The position numbers and the translations under genes were made by a program. From the NCBI GenBank assembly GCA_965649765.1, contig OZ287749.1:24180001-24244000 (forward strand): 64,000 bases of DNA. The letters are read 5' to 3'. Each line of letters opens with the position of its first letter. Within the stretch, counting starts at the first letter, position 1. The notes beneath the pieces are model-generated. The model worked only from the letters and a program-made list of their open reading frames with translations, made no database searches and was not told the DNA's origin. This document shows positions 1-12,700 of this stretch, piece by piece. Source of the DNA: Bispira polyomma. Lineage: Eukaryota.

Positions 1-211
1 ATTGTATTTTACATTTTTTACGCTTTTTATTGATGCAAGGCATCTTCTAAAGCACAACAACAGAATCAATTAACCAATCAAGAAGTCAAAAAAAAAGAAC
101 AGCCAGGTCATAAGAATGGATGTGGGGGTGTACAGAAAGGGAACTAAAATGGGGTAAGTAAGTTTGACAAGCTAAGTTTCCAGTTTTCTCCTAAACCTAG
201 AAAGTAAATGT

Positions 212-541
212 AAATGTGTGTAGGTTTATAATCTGAGATCACTACTATTTGGGGTCTCATCCGACTTTACAATTTATAATTTACGCACCCCCAGCCTGGG
301 TTCTTCCACTTGTCAACCAATTGTTCATATTCAGCTCCCTCAGGAAGCATACTAGCCATGCTGCCATATACAGTGCTAAGACTAACACCCATTAGCGGCT
401 AGTTACCCAATTCTACACCTGGGTAGAGAGGAACAACTTTGTGTAAAGCACCTTGTCCAAGGGTACAATCTCCAGACCTGCAGGGTGGACAGAACCTGAC
501 CCTTCAAATCTAAAGTCAGACACTCTTACCACTAGGCCAAA
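212..541 (-). mobile_element. Second SINE family with tRNA-like head
   Basis: Head TGGCCTAGTGGTAAGAGTGTCTGAC; inverted copy at about 3186-3447 and partial copy at 19113-19270. Confidence 0.75.
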
Positions 542-585
542 GAGACCACAAAGTGTTTCTATGGTAAATGATGATGAGTTTTCAC

Positions 586-750
586 CTGTACGAGTAGATG
601 TGTTCTCTCTATCTCACACTGAGTCAGAGTACTCAGAAACACCTCCAGGTGGTCAAATATCCAGGCCTGCACTGTTTTGTTGTCCTTCACCAGCAATTTG
701 AGCAGGACAAGGCACCTGCCTGTCATGGCTTTCAGCATCTCTTGTCTTGA
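586..750 (-). CDS. ITPR-like exon 32 (SRQEMLKAMTGRCLVLLKLLVKDNKTVQAWIFDHLEVFL...LLVQ)
   Basis: atttcAG / GTGAA; second RIH repeat (N..vQ..l..H...FL). Confidence 0.87.
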
Positions 751-3700
751 CTGAAATAAAGGTAAGAAAAGGTTCAGCGAGAGAAGCTAAACTAAGATGC
801 CCAAAACATAAACCAGCTGTAAATCTCATGTATAACAATTAGGGTCTTAAAAGAAACTACAGTTGAACCCCTTTAAGTAAAACGTCAAGGGGACAAATAC
901 CTCTACTTAAGCAGAATTTCCACTTATCAGGATTCATGTTAAAAGATTACTTGTGGGATTATACATGTGTATAGATTTTTCTCCACATAAGGGAAATATA
1001 CTCTTAATCCAGCCTCTGTACCTGACCAAAATGTCATCACCTCTAGATTTCAGTGGGATAGATATTTGCCAAAGTTTGATTGAAATCTGGCTAGGGTTTT
1101 TGGTCTGTAGCTTTGACACATAGGGGAAAAGGCACACTGCTGCCACCTGCATATCACATTTGATGACCAAAAAAATGAAGACTTCTGTTATGGAATCCAA
1201 AATTTATTTTTACATAACAGTGAATGTATTAACTATTTGAAAAAAGTGATGTTTAATGTTCAGAAAGAAGTAACCTTAAGTCCTGTAAAATACACGGTTC
1301 ATATCATCAGAATCATATCTCATTTTGTACTTTTTATTATCACAAATTTAATCTTTATTTAGCAAGAGAATTCATCAGACATAAAATTTATTAGGATACT
1401 CCACCTGTATTTTGCTGTCTCCTTCTTGTGTGATCAGACTCAGTATGATTTCTAACATACCTAAGTTAAAAAAAAGAACATTTTGTGTTACAACACCGCT
1501 TATCACAAAAATAAAGATTGTGTTTATATTCATATTTACACTGAGAACAGTATCTCCCTGGTTTGTGGGTATTTAGAGTGCTAATTTACCTTTTTCAGGG
1601 ACTAATTTGAAAAACTGTCATTCTCTTGACTGAAGGCAAAGGCTTGAGGGTGACCAAAGTTTTTATTGTTATTTAGTTTGCACCTGGGGATACTGGACCC
1701 AATGCCTGAAGACCGTCATTTTAAGTAGTCATCCGATCCATTATGTATCTGCCTGTATCAGGTTGCCCCAGGCTGGGATTAAACTCAGGTCCTCAGTGAG
1801 TGTTCCTTAGTGAGTGTGTAATTACCCAAGATGCTGACAGATAACTGCCATTTTTAGTGGTCATCTAAACTTCTAAATATCTGCCTGTACCAGGCAGTCC
1901 CAGCATGGATTTGAAACCCAGGTGCTCTGTTTTCCTAAGGAAGTGTTTTACCTATTGGGCCACTGACTGAAATATCACGGGGTGTCAGACACTAAATTGG
2001 AAACAATGTAATACATGTATCTGTGTCATTAAACTGCATTTAGCCCAAGAGAGTAACTGTCTGAACTTTTGAATGGAGTTTATGGAAGCCTCAAACCTAT
2101 AATATTAATACACATCTAGTGTGTTTAAGGGGGTTGCAGACATTGTAGGCCAGTGGGTTTGGTAATTACGGAAGGCTTGGGCTCTATAAATGATTAATCT
2201 GATTTTATTTTCATGACTTATACCTCATATTTAGAAATATTAGTATTTTCCTTGGCAAAGGAAAAACAGCAACAAAAAAAAACAACAACATGCCAGCTTC
2301 AACTTCTGTTGCACATCGCATCAATCACAGGTAATTTTTGTGTTTTTTATGCCAGCTTTTTCCAATGGCACCACAACAAACAGCTAGTATAGTATTAGTT
2401 ATATTGTATTATGGACTTAACAGGACCTTATTGATGCTTGCAAGTCACCTTCTAAAGCGCAACAATAGAATCAGTTAACCAATAGAGGATGTGAGGGGTG
2501 TACAGGGAGGGAAGTAAGGGGGGTCAGGAAGTTTGAAGAGATAGGTGTTAAGCTTTTTCCTAAAACCAAAAAGTGTTTCAAGTCATCTAAGCTAAAAAAT
2601 AATATTAGGGCAGCAATACAGAAAGCTTTAGATTCAGCCCTCTCAGTATGTCTTACAGTGAAAACAGAAAATTTCTTTCCCCTGTTAAGGCTGTTTTCTC
2701 CCTGATCACAAATTTGTATTGGAAATGGATTTTACTACTTTTGTCAATGGTGTCGCGTTTTAGAAGATGCCTGGCATCAATTCGGCGTGTTAAAAATGAT
2801 ATCATATTGAGGAAAGGCAAGCAAAAAGGTAGGGTGGGGTTGAGAGATAACAGGTTTGAAAGTGGTTACATCGATTTTAAACATAATTTAATGGTGAATA
2901 GGAAGCTAATGTAATTTTATGAGGTATGGAGAGACAACAGTAAGGATTCCCAGCTAGTTACATTCAATGTTTTACACAACATTCATACCATTGTTGATGA
3001 AAATGCTCTGCATGGCTTCAGCTTCCTGTCGTCCATGTACATTGGGGAACATTCTGCAGTTAGTAAAAAAAAACAAAGATTATATAATTTAATTTTTAAA
3101 AAACCCAGAAAATAAGCAATGTAGTAATAGATACACAGCAGGATTTGAATTTATTGGAGTCACTTTCAAATATCTTTGGTCATATTTGGCCTCTGTGCCC
3201 TAGCGGTCAGAGTGTCAGACTTTGGATCTGAGTGTCCCTCTCTACCCAGGTGTATAAATGGTATATGGCCGCTAATGGGTGTTAGTCTTTGTGTGCCGCA
3301 TGTGGAAGCACGGCTAGTATGCTTCTTGAGGAAGCTGAAACTGAACAATTGGTTGACAAGTGGAAGAACCCAGGCTGGGGGTGTAAACTGTAAAGTTGGC
3401 TGAGACCTCAACAGAGGTGATATCAGACTATAAACCTACACACATATATTGTCAAGTCCAGATTTATTGCTGGAGGAAACAAATACTATTTGTACTGGAA
3501 ACCACCAAGTTACAGCCAGTGCCTGGCAAACTTTCCCACCTAAAGGAAAACAGTGAGAGTTGATCCCAATATGTCCTCAGAGGTGAGAGGCCAGTGCCCG
3601 TATTCACAAAAGGACGTAAGCTAGTCTTTGGCTTAAATCTAGCACAAAACTATACTGATTCAAGCCTAAGTCTTGGCTAAGTCCTATTATGAATACCATG

Positions 3701-6700
3701 CCAGTGATGTAAAAGCAGATAGTTACACATTGTAGGGATAGTAAGTGAGCGTTTCCATGCAGGCAACTTTCTGAGGCAATCAGGCGATGGCCGACGGCGA
3801 TTCTATCAGTTTCATTGATTTTAAACCAAGTGTTTCCATGTGAGCAACGCCAACAGGCGACAGGCAATGCCAGGCGATTTTTTCGCTACTAGGAACAGAA
3901 TAATGCTAGTTAAAAATCGCCTGGCATTGCCGTCGCCTTGTAAACATTGCCGATTTTTCTATAATTCTTACGACTTTGCAATTTCCATGGACTTAATGAT
4001 TGGACTAATGATTCTGCTGTTGCACTTTAGAAGATGCCTAGCATCAATAAAGCGCGTTAAAAATCTATAATAATAATAATAAATAATAATATAATAGCTC
4101 AAAAATTACTTAAGATATAAATTTCATGAAAATATGGTGAGGAAGCTTTTTTTATCGGGTATATTGTGCTTTTCGTTGCATCAAAATCAGGTTTAAATAC
4201 AGGTATCTATTTTCCCAAATAATTGTATAGAAACATACAAATTAAAAATTGCCTGTTATACGTCGGCTGGTCGCCTCAGAAAGTTGCCTGCATGGAAACG
4301 CTCACTAACTGTTGTTAATTCACCATATTAACATTATTAAATCCTTTGTTGATGATGGGTATCTGCTGGAAGTATAAACATCACATGTTATTCACAAAAT
4401 TTAATATGTATTTGCCAATATAGTTGATAACCCTACATTTCACCTGGGTACAGCACATTTGTGATAGAATGGTTTTTGCTGAATTGTGCAATTAAACATA
4501 CATTCATGCAGCTCCCTCAGTAGTGATAGACTTTGACATTCAAATTAGTGAACAAACATATTGACTATTATTATAGAATATTTTATATAGCGCCAAATTG
4601 ATATGTATCCTCTAAGGCTGCAGTGGTTGTCCAAATGGTTAGTCAGAGGACAGAAATGGGTCATGAGCAGAAGGGCATCCGAAAGGGAAGATTGGCTAAG
4701 GTGGGGGAAAAGCCAGTTCGAACAAATGTGTCTTAAAATGGCTCCTGAATTTATGAATATCTGTTTGGAATCTATTCTCACCTGGCAACTTATTGGTGGT
4801 AAAAAGCCCCACTTGACAAAGGTGTTATATAACTGGCTATTGCAAAAATGCTGCTGTAAATTTAAAACTACGAACACTTCAGGTGGATAACTAATGCACC
4901 CCTTAAAAAGGGCATGTTTGAGGTCTCTAAATTTGGATTTTTAACGTCCACTCTAGTACCTTTATTGGGACGGATAGTTGGAACGCTGGAGGAAACAGTG
5001 TATACAGTTGTTCAAGGTTCTGCACTGAAACCAGCGGCGTACAGTAAGGAACTACCACCTTTCCCACATAAGCATCAACGGGAGGTCAACCCACGCCAGT
5101 TGATCCCAGAGGTGAGAGTCCAGTGATTTTAAAGCTGACGCTTATAACCACTAGGCCACCACGGCCCCCCTGTTTGAGGTCTCTAAAACCCTTCTTTAAC
5201 TCCACCATAATGATTGCAATATCAGAAATTTCTATTCTATTGTGCTTCTGTTAAATCCCCCCAAATAACCTCTACCTGGTGTACTTGTCCATGGTGTCAC
5301 AAATGTACTGCAAACCTTCCTCGTTCATCTTTGATTTGGACATTTTTCTGAGTGATGGTAAGTCTACCAAGGACTCCTTGAAGACAGTGGCAGAAGTAGC
5401 CGATATCATCAGCTGTAATGTAAGAGTTGATGTATGTTGAATGTAACAAAATATGGTCCAAATTTCTGGTCTGAACATCATGTTTTTTCATTTAGCAGAT
5501 AGCCGACAACTGATAGGCAATGAATATTTCTTTCTGTATTTTCATACTGATGATGATTGCCAACAGCCAATATTTTATAAAATTTAATTTAAATTTTAAT
5601 TTAGTTTGGTTTTACACCACTTTCAACAGCTTATGTCATATCTACAAAGGCCAGATTTTTAATAGGGAATGGAACCAGTGCTGAAGCACTGTAAACCACT
5701 GACCTGCGGCAAGTACCAGACAAACTTTACCACAATGAAGAAATGAATGGGATTCGAACCCACATTAGTGAGAGACCATTATTACTGAGCGCTTCTAACC
5801 ACTAGGCCACTGCAGCCTTCCATTCTTTATGAAGGAAAGTATTTTATAATCACACACATGAATAGACCAGAATGTGATGTCAGTTATCTGCTGTAGTAGG
5901 CTATCAGTAGCCATGCATCTGTTACATGGAAGCATAGGCTTTAAGTGCATGAAAACTGAACATTATGGGAAATTTACAGAAAGTTTGGAGATGAGATGAA
6001 ATAGTTACCTGTGCTTTGGTGGCTTTGGTTAGGACATCAACTGTTGCAGAAAAGATTCTGTCCAGAAGGTACAAAACCTGTTTCCTTATAGCATCACTTT
6101 TGTAAGCCAGCATTGCCTGTACAGGTTGGAGGGAAAACATTTAAATGTATATAGATATCAACTTTAAGCTGCATTTTCTACCTGACTACCAGAGACACTT
6201 AACATTTTTTTATTATACGTTTACATATCATTCTACGCAGCCCCTGTAAGAACACCAATATATTTTTTTCATTTTTTAAGTAGTGAGCATCAGTTCATCT
6301 AGTAATCACCATTTAATACAATTATTTGATGATCATCAGATGATCTGGTGATCACCACTTATTAAGTGGTGATCACTTTTCACAATGTGTGCAGCCAATG
6401 CAAGGACACCAAGATATTTTTTTCATTTTTTAAGTAGTGAGCATCAGATCATCTAGTGATCACCATTTAATACCGTATTCGACGTAATTAGCGCACATGC
6501 TCTATTAACCGCACACCACCTCTTTCTGCCATTCAACACCACTGAATAAGTCACATGACTCTCCATAGCTTAGATCTCAATCACGTCTCCATATGGATTA
6601 GTCAGCAGTGAAAAAAAAAATAAATCCGAGATTTCCAAAAAAATGTGTTAAACTTACTGGATTATTTGTGCCTTGGTAACAACTGCTTCAGAATTTGTGT

Positions 6701-9700
6701 ATCCTTTTTGGTTCCAGTGAATGTATATTCTGCAGGTATTTCTAATCCAACACTGTTATTTTCTCTTTTACCGGTAACTGTAGCTGTAATTTGACCACCG
6801 CGTTTTATAAAGAAGTGGCAGACTTTAGATATTTCTTTGGGCAGGTGCCCAACAATACAATTGTTTTTTAAAACACTCACTGCATACTTGTCAAATTCAT
6901 TACTAGGTTCTTGTTCACATTCTAGTGTTTCACCAATAACTGGGGTCCAAATATCTGTATAAACATGAAAACCACGGACATTTGATGTATATTTAATAGT
7001 ACCGCTGTTCTCTACTGAAGCCATGCTGTCGATTGATCCACTTGACAGATTACAACGAAGAAGCAAGTGCTGAACTTCATAGTTTAGGGTTGATCATTTA
7101 TATTTCTCAGGGGGAGGGTTGTTGAAAATTAAATGAACATTCATACAGGATTTTTTTTTTTGTGTTTTGATGTTTCTTTTTTTCTTTAGCCCATATAGAT
7201 AAACCTAATTATAGCATTTAAAAAACACCTTTTCTACTTTACTAATTATTCACGTTCAGGGTAGTACAGATGATGTAACTTGTCATAGCCTGTTCATTTT
7301 ACACTAATAACTATAAGGTTGTAATAATATATTGTACTGAAAATTTTTTTTAACACCTCTTAGTAATTTTCATCATGGAATCAAGTAATCCATCACACAA
7401 AGGTGTCAAAATTAGTTCTTACACCGTAGCATTCAAGTTAAAGGTGGTGGAATATGCCAAATCTACAAACAATTCAAAGGCAGCAAAATTGTTTGGGGTG
7501 GACAGAAAGCGAGTTATTGAGTGGAGAAAATCTGAGAAATCTTTTCAGCAAATGGATAATAAAGGCAGCAGAAAGAGACAATCAGGTGCAGGGAGAAAAC
7601 TGGTCTATCCTGACATTGACGCTGAACTTCAGGGATTTATCACCAGAAGGAGGAAAGCAGGTGCAAGAATCACTGGAAAGCAGTTGTAAAGAGAATGTCT
7701 TAGACTACATAAGCTCAATGGAAACCAGTCATTTAAGGCTAGCTGTGGGTGGCTCAGGTCATTTATGAAAAGACACAATATTTCTTTTAGGAGGGCAACC
7801 CACATGGCTCAAAAGAGTGAAGAAGTGCTGGGTGAAAAAATGCACAACTTCCTGACTTATGTGACTAGAATGAGGAAAATCAGGAATTACAATCTGGCTG
7901 ATATTTGCAATATGGATGAGACCCCTATCTGGTTAGACATGCCTGGAAACTACACTCTCCAAGAATGTGGCAGTAAAACTGTGTCTATGCAGACAACTGG
8001 CCATGAGAAATCTCGAGTCACAGTTATGCTGGCTGCTTTAGCTGATGGAACTAAATTGCCACCAGTGGTCCTATTTAAGGGTGTTAGACCTCTCAAGGAT
8101 ACCCCAGGTGGTATTTTTATCAAAATGACTCCTCAAGCATGGGCAAATGAGGAAGTTATTAAAGAGTGGCTGTTTAGAGTGTGGAAAAGAAATAATGTAA
8201 CCAGAAGGCTTCTTGTGTGGGATTGCTTTTCAGGTCACATCACACCAGGAGTGAAGGAGGAAGTGAGGGTCAAGTACAACACCGATTTGGCCATCATTCC
8301 TCCAGGTTGCACTAGCAAACTTCAACCATGTGATGTGTCTTGGAACAGGCCATTCAAAGATGCCTTCAGAGACCTTTATGATGAATGGCTGGTTGATGGA
8401 CAAGTCGAATTGACAAAAAAAGGAAATCGAAAGCCAGTCAGTAAAATTACTCTGCTGGAATGGATCAAAACAGCCTGGGCCTCTGTTACCCCACAAATAA
8501 TTCAGAAGTCTTTCAAAAAAACTGGACTTAGTAACAGCATGGATGGAACAGAAGATCAAATGCTGTTCTGTGACAGTGAAGACGAAGATCCATTTGAAGG
8601 GTTTGATGAAAATGAGGTTCGAGAATCAACAACTTTTGCTGATGACCTCAGCAATACACCAAATGCCCTCATGCTAGACTCTAATGAATATAGTGAACCA
8701 GAAGAGGAGGAAATTGAGGAGAATTATGATGACCCAGGATCACCAGGCCATTAAAATATAAAGCAAACATTTGATTGATCTTGTAGCTTAAGTTTTAGTC
8801 TAAAATAATCCTACTTTGTTTAATTTATTTATATTGAGTGAAGTCGAGACCAAACAGAACTGTTTAAACTACAGTGTGATGTTTTTATATTTTGATTCAT
8901 TTGTATTAAAACTAAAGGGGATTTTTTTTTGATCTGAAGCATGTCATATGGAGCCAACACAAATTTCACATTTCCATCTAATAGAAAAAAAAATTAGTTC
9001 TCTTTACAATATACTATACTAAATTTGCCTTTTTGTGGTTTCACAAAATTAAAAAATATAGCAAGGATATTATTGGGGTTTTAGAAGTATGTATAGGTTA
9101 TATGTAATATTCACGTGGCATTATCACACATTAAAAAAAACAGTCTGTTATATTCAGAGAAAAAAATGCCAAAAGAAATATAAAAAATCATAAAATGTAT
9201 AGAGTAATAAAGTATATTCTAGTAGGAGCACATTTTTAAATGAATTTACCCCCAATGATCTACACATGCCTTGGTAAGACAGTGTTCTGGAACTTCTGCA
9301 TCTCCCCATCCAACACCCGCTGAGTTGATACAAAAGCTGAATGAGTACAACCGTAAATCGTGTAGTTATAATAAAACTGACTGAAAGCAAAGCAACCTTA
9401 CCACTATTTTTCAAGATCTTTATACAAATATTATGTTGTATTTATATCCTTAACTTTGCACAAAAGTTTACCTGTCATAGATTTCAGTTTAAGTTAGACT
9501 TAGTAAATTTTGCTTTTCAAACATATATGTGTGCTGAGCCACAGGTGGTAAATTACGTTTAGCATTCCCCCCTTTGGTAAACAAACATTGCGGTAAAAAA
9601 ATGAGGAGGATAAAGATTCTTATTTGTACTGTAGTTGTGGTGTAGAATTTGACACTTCTTTCCTGGGTAGGCTTGTTTTCTCAAATATTTATCTTTTACA

Positions 9701-12700
9701 ACAGATAATCATAGTGGAGAGAGATTCCAGGTGTTTTATGAAGGAAAACACACACCGGGATTTACCGCCAAGTTGGATATCGGAGTTGGAGGTGGACCAT
9801 TCACTTTTTATTGAGTGTGCGCTAATTAGAATGTGATGTTTCACTTAATTTGTTGAGTTAGAACAATTTTCGGAGGGCACTGTGCGCTAATTACGTCGAA
9901 TACGGTACAATTATTTGATGATCACCAGATCATCTGGTGATCACCACCTAATAAGTGGTGATCACCAGATGATCTCATGCTCACCACTTATTAAAATGAA
10001 AAAATATACATTGATGTCCTAATATGGCTCCGCATCATTCACATATTAAACAGAATAATGCTAGTTAATAATATATTTGTTGGGCTACTGTTACTAAACA
10101 ATGGTGTTGACAAAGGTTCTACTCATGTTTTGGCTGAAAAATCTGACAGTCGACGTAAATATGTAGTTCTGATAAGGCTTTGTGATCCTAATGGATGCCA
10201 TCTTGAATTTTAAAGAATGCTCAATGATTCCAGAGCAGCATCCCACAGATTCCGATTATATATACATCTTCCTTTATCAAATCAACTATAACTTGCATGG
10301 GGGTATTTTTGCAAGGTCAAGTAAAATCACATGCTGGCATCCGGATGATAAGTGTCAGTAACACTGTTACATTGTGAAAAAGAAACATTGTTATACATGT
10401 TAAACATAATTCTATGTGAACTGTTTTATCAAACAAATAAAAGAAAATTTTAAAGGAAAATGGCTTTGAGTACCACAGACATTTCTCCACATAAAGAGGG
10501 CATTTACAGGGTTATCCTTAAATGATCTGACTGTTTTAGAAATTATAATTAAAAATTATAATTGGAAATCATAATTAGAAAGAAATGTCAACTAGCTATT
10601 AAGTTACGAGTATATGGGTACACATGTATTTTCATCAGTTGTATAATATTAAGCATCCAAACTTGTTAAAGTGTTAACATTTTATAGCAGCCGCACTGAA
10701 TGAAAATTATTGGGTATTTTACTTACATATAAGGTGTCTATGATATCTTTCCCAAGGTAATCTGCCTTTTGCTTCATACCTTGCATTACTCTTCTAATTT
10801 CCGTTTGGAGTTTGGCATTTTTCCTGAAAACAACAGCCATAAAACTGAAACATCAGAAAGCCTTTTGCATTGTGGCACCTTGGTGGACATAGGTGTTTCA
10901 CTGAGTGCCCTTTTAGTTCAAACTTCATTTATCCCAGGAATCAGGTTTATGAAGTCAAACCTAAGAATTAGGACAATATAGAGCTTCTAAAGTTACTTCA
11001 AAGTACTATAGCTTGAACATAGGTATAGTTGGTCACAACGAATACTGTGATATACACAAAATAATACCATATCACATAATTACTGCTGCCAAGCAGATTA
11101 TGTTGTCACCTGTATATGTTGGTTTGTTTGTTTGGCAGGACTACACAAAATTATTGAGCTGAGGAAGGATGTGGCATGAAGACTGTATTTTCAAATTATT
11201 ATATGTCCATTTAATAATATAATGTAGGAGAACAATGGATGCCACAGATAGCAGAACATCATATGATAGCCTCAAAACTAGAAAAAATAATTTTGTCATT
11301 GTTCATATTATAACAGTCAAATTTAACAAAATACCCTAATAGACGGTCTTTATAATAGAAATAAAGTCTTCATGCTTGTACCTGGTTTTGTTGAATAATG
11401 GACTGCCTTCTGTGCTCATCTATTAGTCTAACAGAAGTGCAGTCCATTATTTCCCAAACAAAATAATATTATGCACATTTGGGGTGGTATTCACCATAAG
11501 GCTAAGCCATAACTTTGTCTTAGATCTATGGTACTATATTTTTGTGTGACTTAGCCCTTTTTTAAATACTGCCCTTGGACTTTAATTGCACAACAAACAC
11601 AACAGTATTCTGTATCAGTACGCACCATAACTTGACTTTTTTGTCATCTTTGAGGAGCAGCTGGACCAGAGGATGTTCACAGGCAAAGCAGGTGCTTGTT
11701 TTTCTCATTTGTAGCTCAACCTCTTTGTACGTGGCAATCAAATGCTGTAATAGACATTCGATTTAAAAGTATTCTGAGTTTACTGTCGCTTCCAACAACT
11801 GAATATTCACCCTTTTGTTACTGGGAGAAAACAACCGCTGGGAACTATAAAGGCTATTTTGGGCAATAGGTTACAGATAGCTAAAGTCACTAAAACACAC
11901 ACCACAATCTACTTCCGGCATAAGATATGGACCTCATGTACATTTTTTTAAAACAGGGGAGTCTGCTGTACTAACAATTTCCTACTACCAGGAATTGAAC
12001 AAAAATAAAATAATATTTTTAGGGTGTGGACTGTTTGCCAACAGACATCAGTGCTGGGAGTAACAATATACGTCCACTACTTGCTGACAATCCAGGGGTC
12101 AAAGGGGTACATTCTATATTGCAACAACAAGCAGTTTGCTGATGAAGGAAATTAAGACAGGGCCAGTCGGTCAAGATTTCTGAATTGCAAACCATCAGCT
12201 TTTAGCAAGTCTAAAACCAACTGTCTTAAATGCATGCTGTGGCCATGATTCAAACCCACAACTTCAGAGGTGGGAGGTGGGAGTGTTATCTGTACAACAC
12301 AAAGGCCTCAAAATGCAGTGATGATACAGGATTCGGGCAGTTAGCAGCAAAATACTGAACACACAAAAGCTAAGACAGTTAAACTTAGCACAGCATCTTC
12401 CTTTGCCTGCTATTAAAATCGTTACAAAACCTTTTCAGGATTACACGTACATTGTCAAGTAGATTCATCAATGTCACTAATGTTCTTTATGTTCCTTCTA
12501 CTGTCAAATTTTGGATTCTCATATAGATCGATGCACCTTATAATTCGCTTGCAAGAAGATTAGATACTGTAAACATTACTGAAATGATGATAGGACCTCT
12601 ACCTTCATTCGCTGATCCATTTGCTTCTCCAGAAGAACCTCCAAAAAGTCAATACACCTGCAAAGCACAAATTAAATAGACTCTGTATAAGTCAAATGTC

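Larger units (their letters stand above)
6473..9905 (+). mobile_element. pogo-superfamily (Passer/POGK-like) DNA transposon, 3433 bp, carrying transposase plus HIRAN gene
   Basis: Perfect 25-bp TIRs CCGTATTCGACGTAATTAGCGCACA (6473-6497 and 9881-9905); TA duplication at 6471-6472 and 9906-9907; subterminal repeats of the TIR core near 6503-6515 and 9816-9828. Confidence 0.95.
6234..10034. mobile_element. MITE-like host element with GTGATCAC-rich internal palindromes, interrupted by the pogo insertion
   Basis: Left end tacgcagcccctgtaagaacaccaatatatttttttcatttt is an imperfect inverted match to the right end aaaatgaaaaaatatacattgatgtcctaatatggctccgca; the left part is tandemly duplicated (~6247-6376 and ~6401-6472). 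Confidence 0.65.

Noticed and set aside
7454-7768. 104-aa ORF suggesting a programmed frameshift in the transposase
   Set aside because: The two transposase halves are already in the same frame and are separated by one TAA; this ORF is an off-frame by-product with no motifs.
8230-8559. 109-aa minus-strand ORF
   Set aside because: Antisense shadow of the transposase with no recognisable domain.
12451-12566. Possible extra ITPR exon (acAG...GTACGT flanks)
   Set aside because: Stops in all frames checked; exon 25 joins exon 26 in phase without it.
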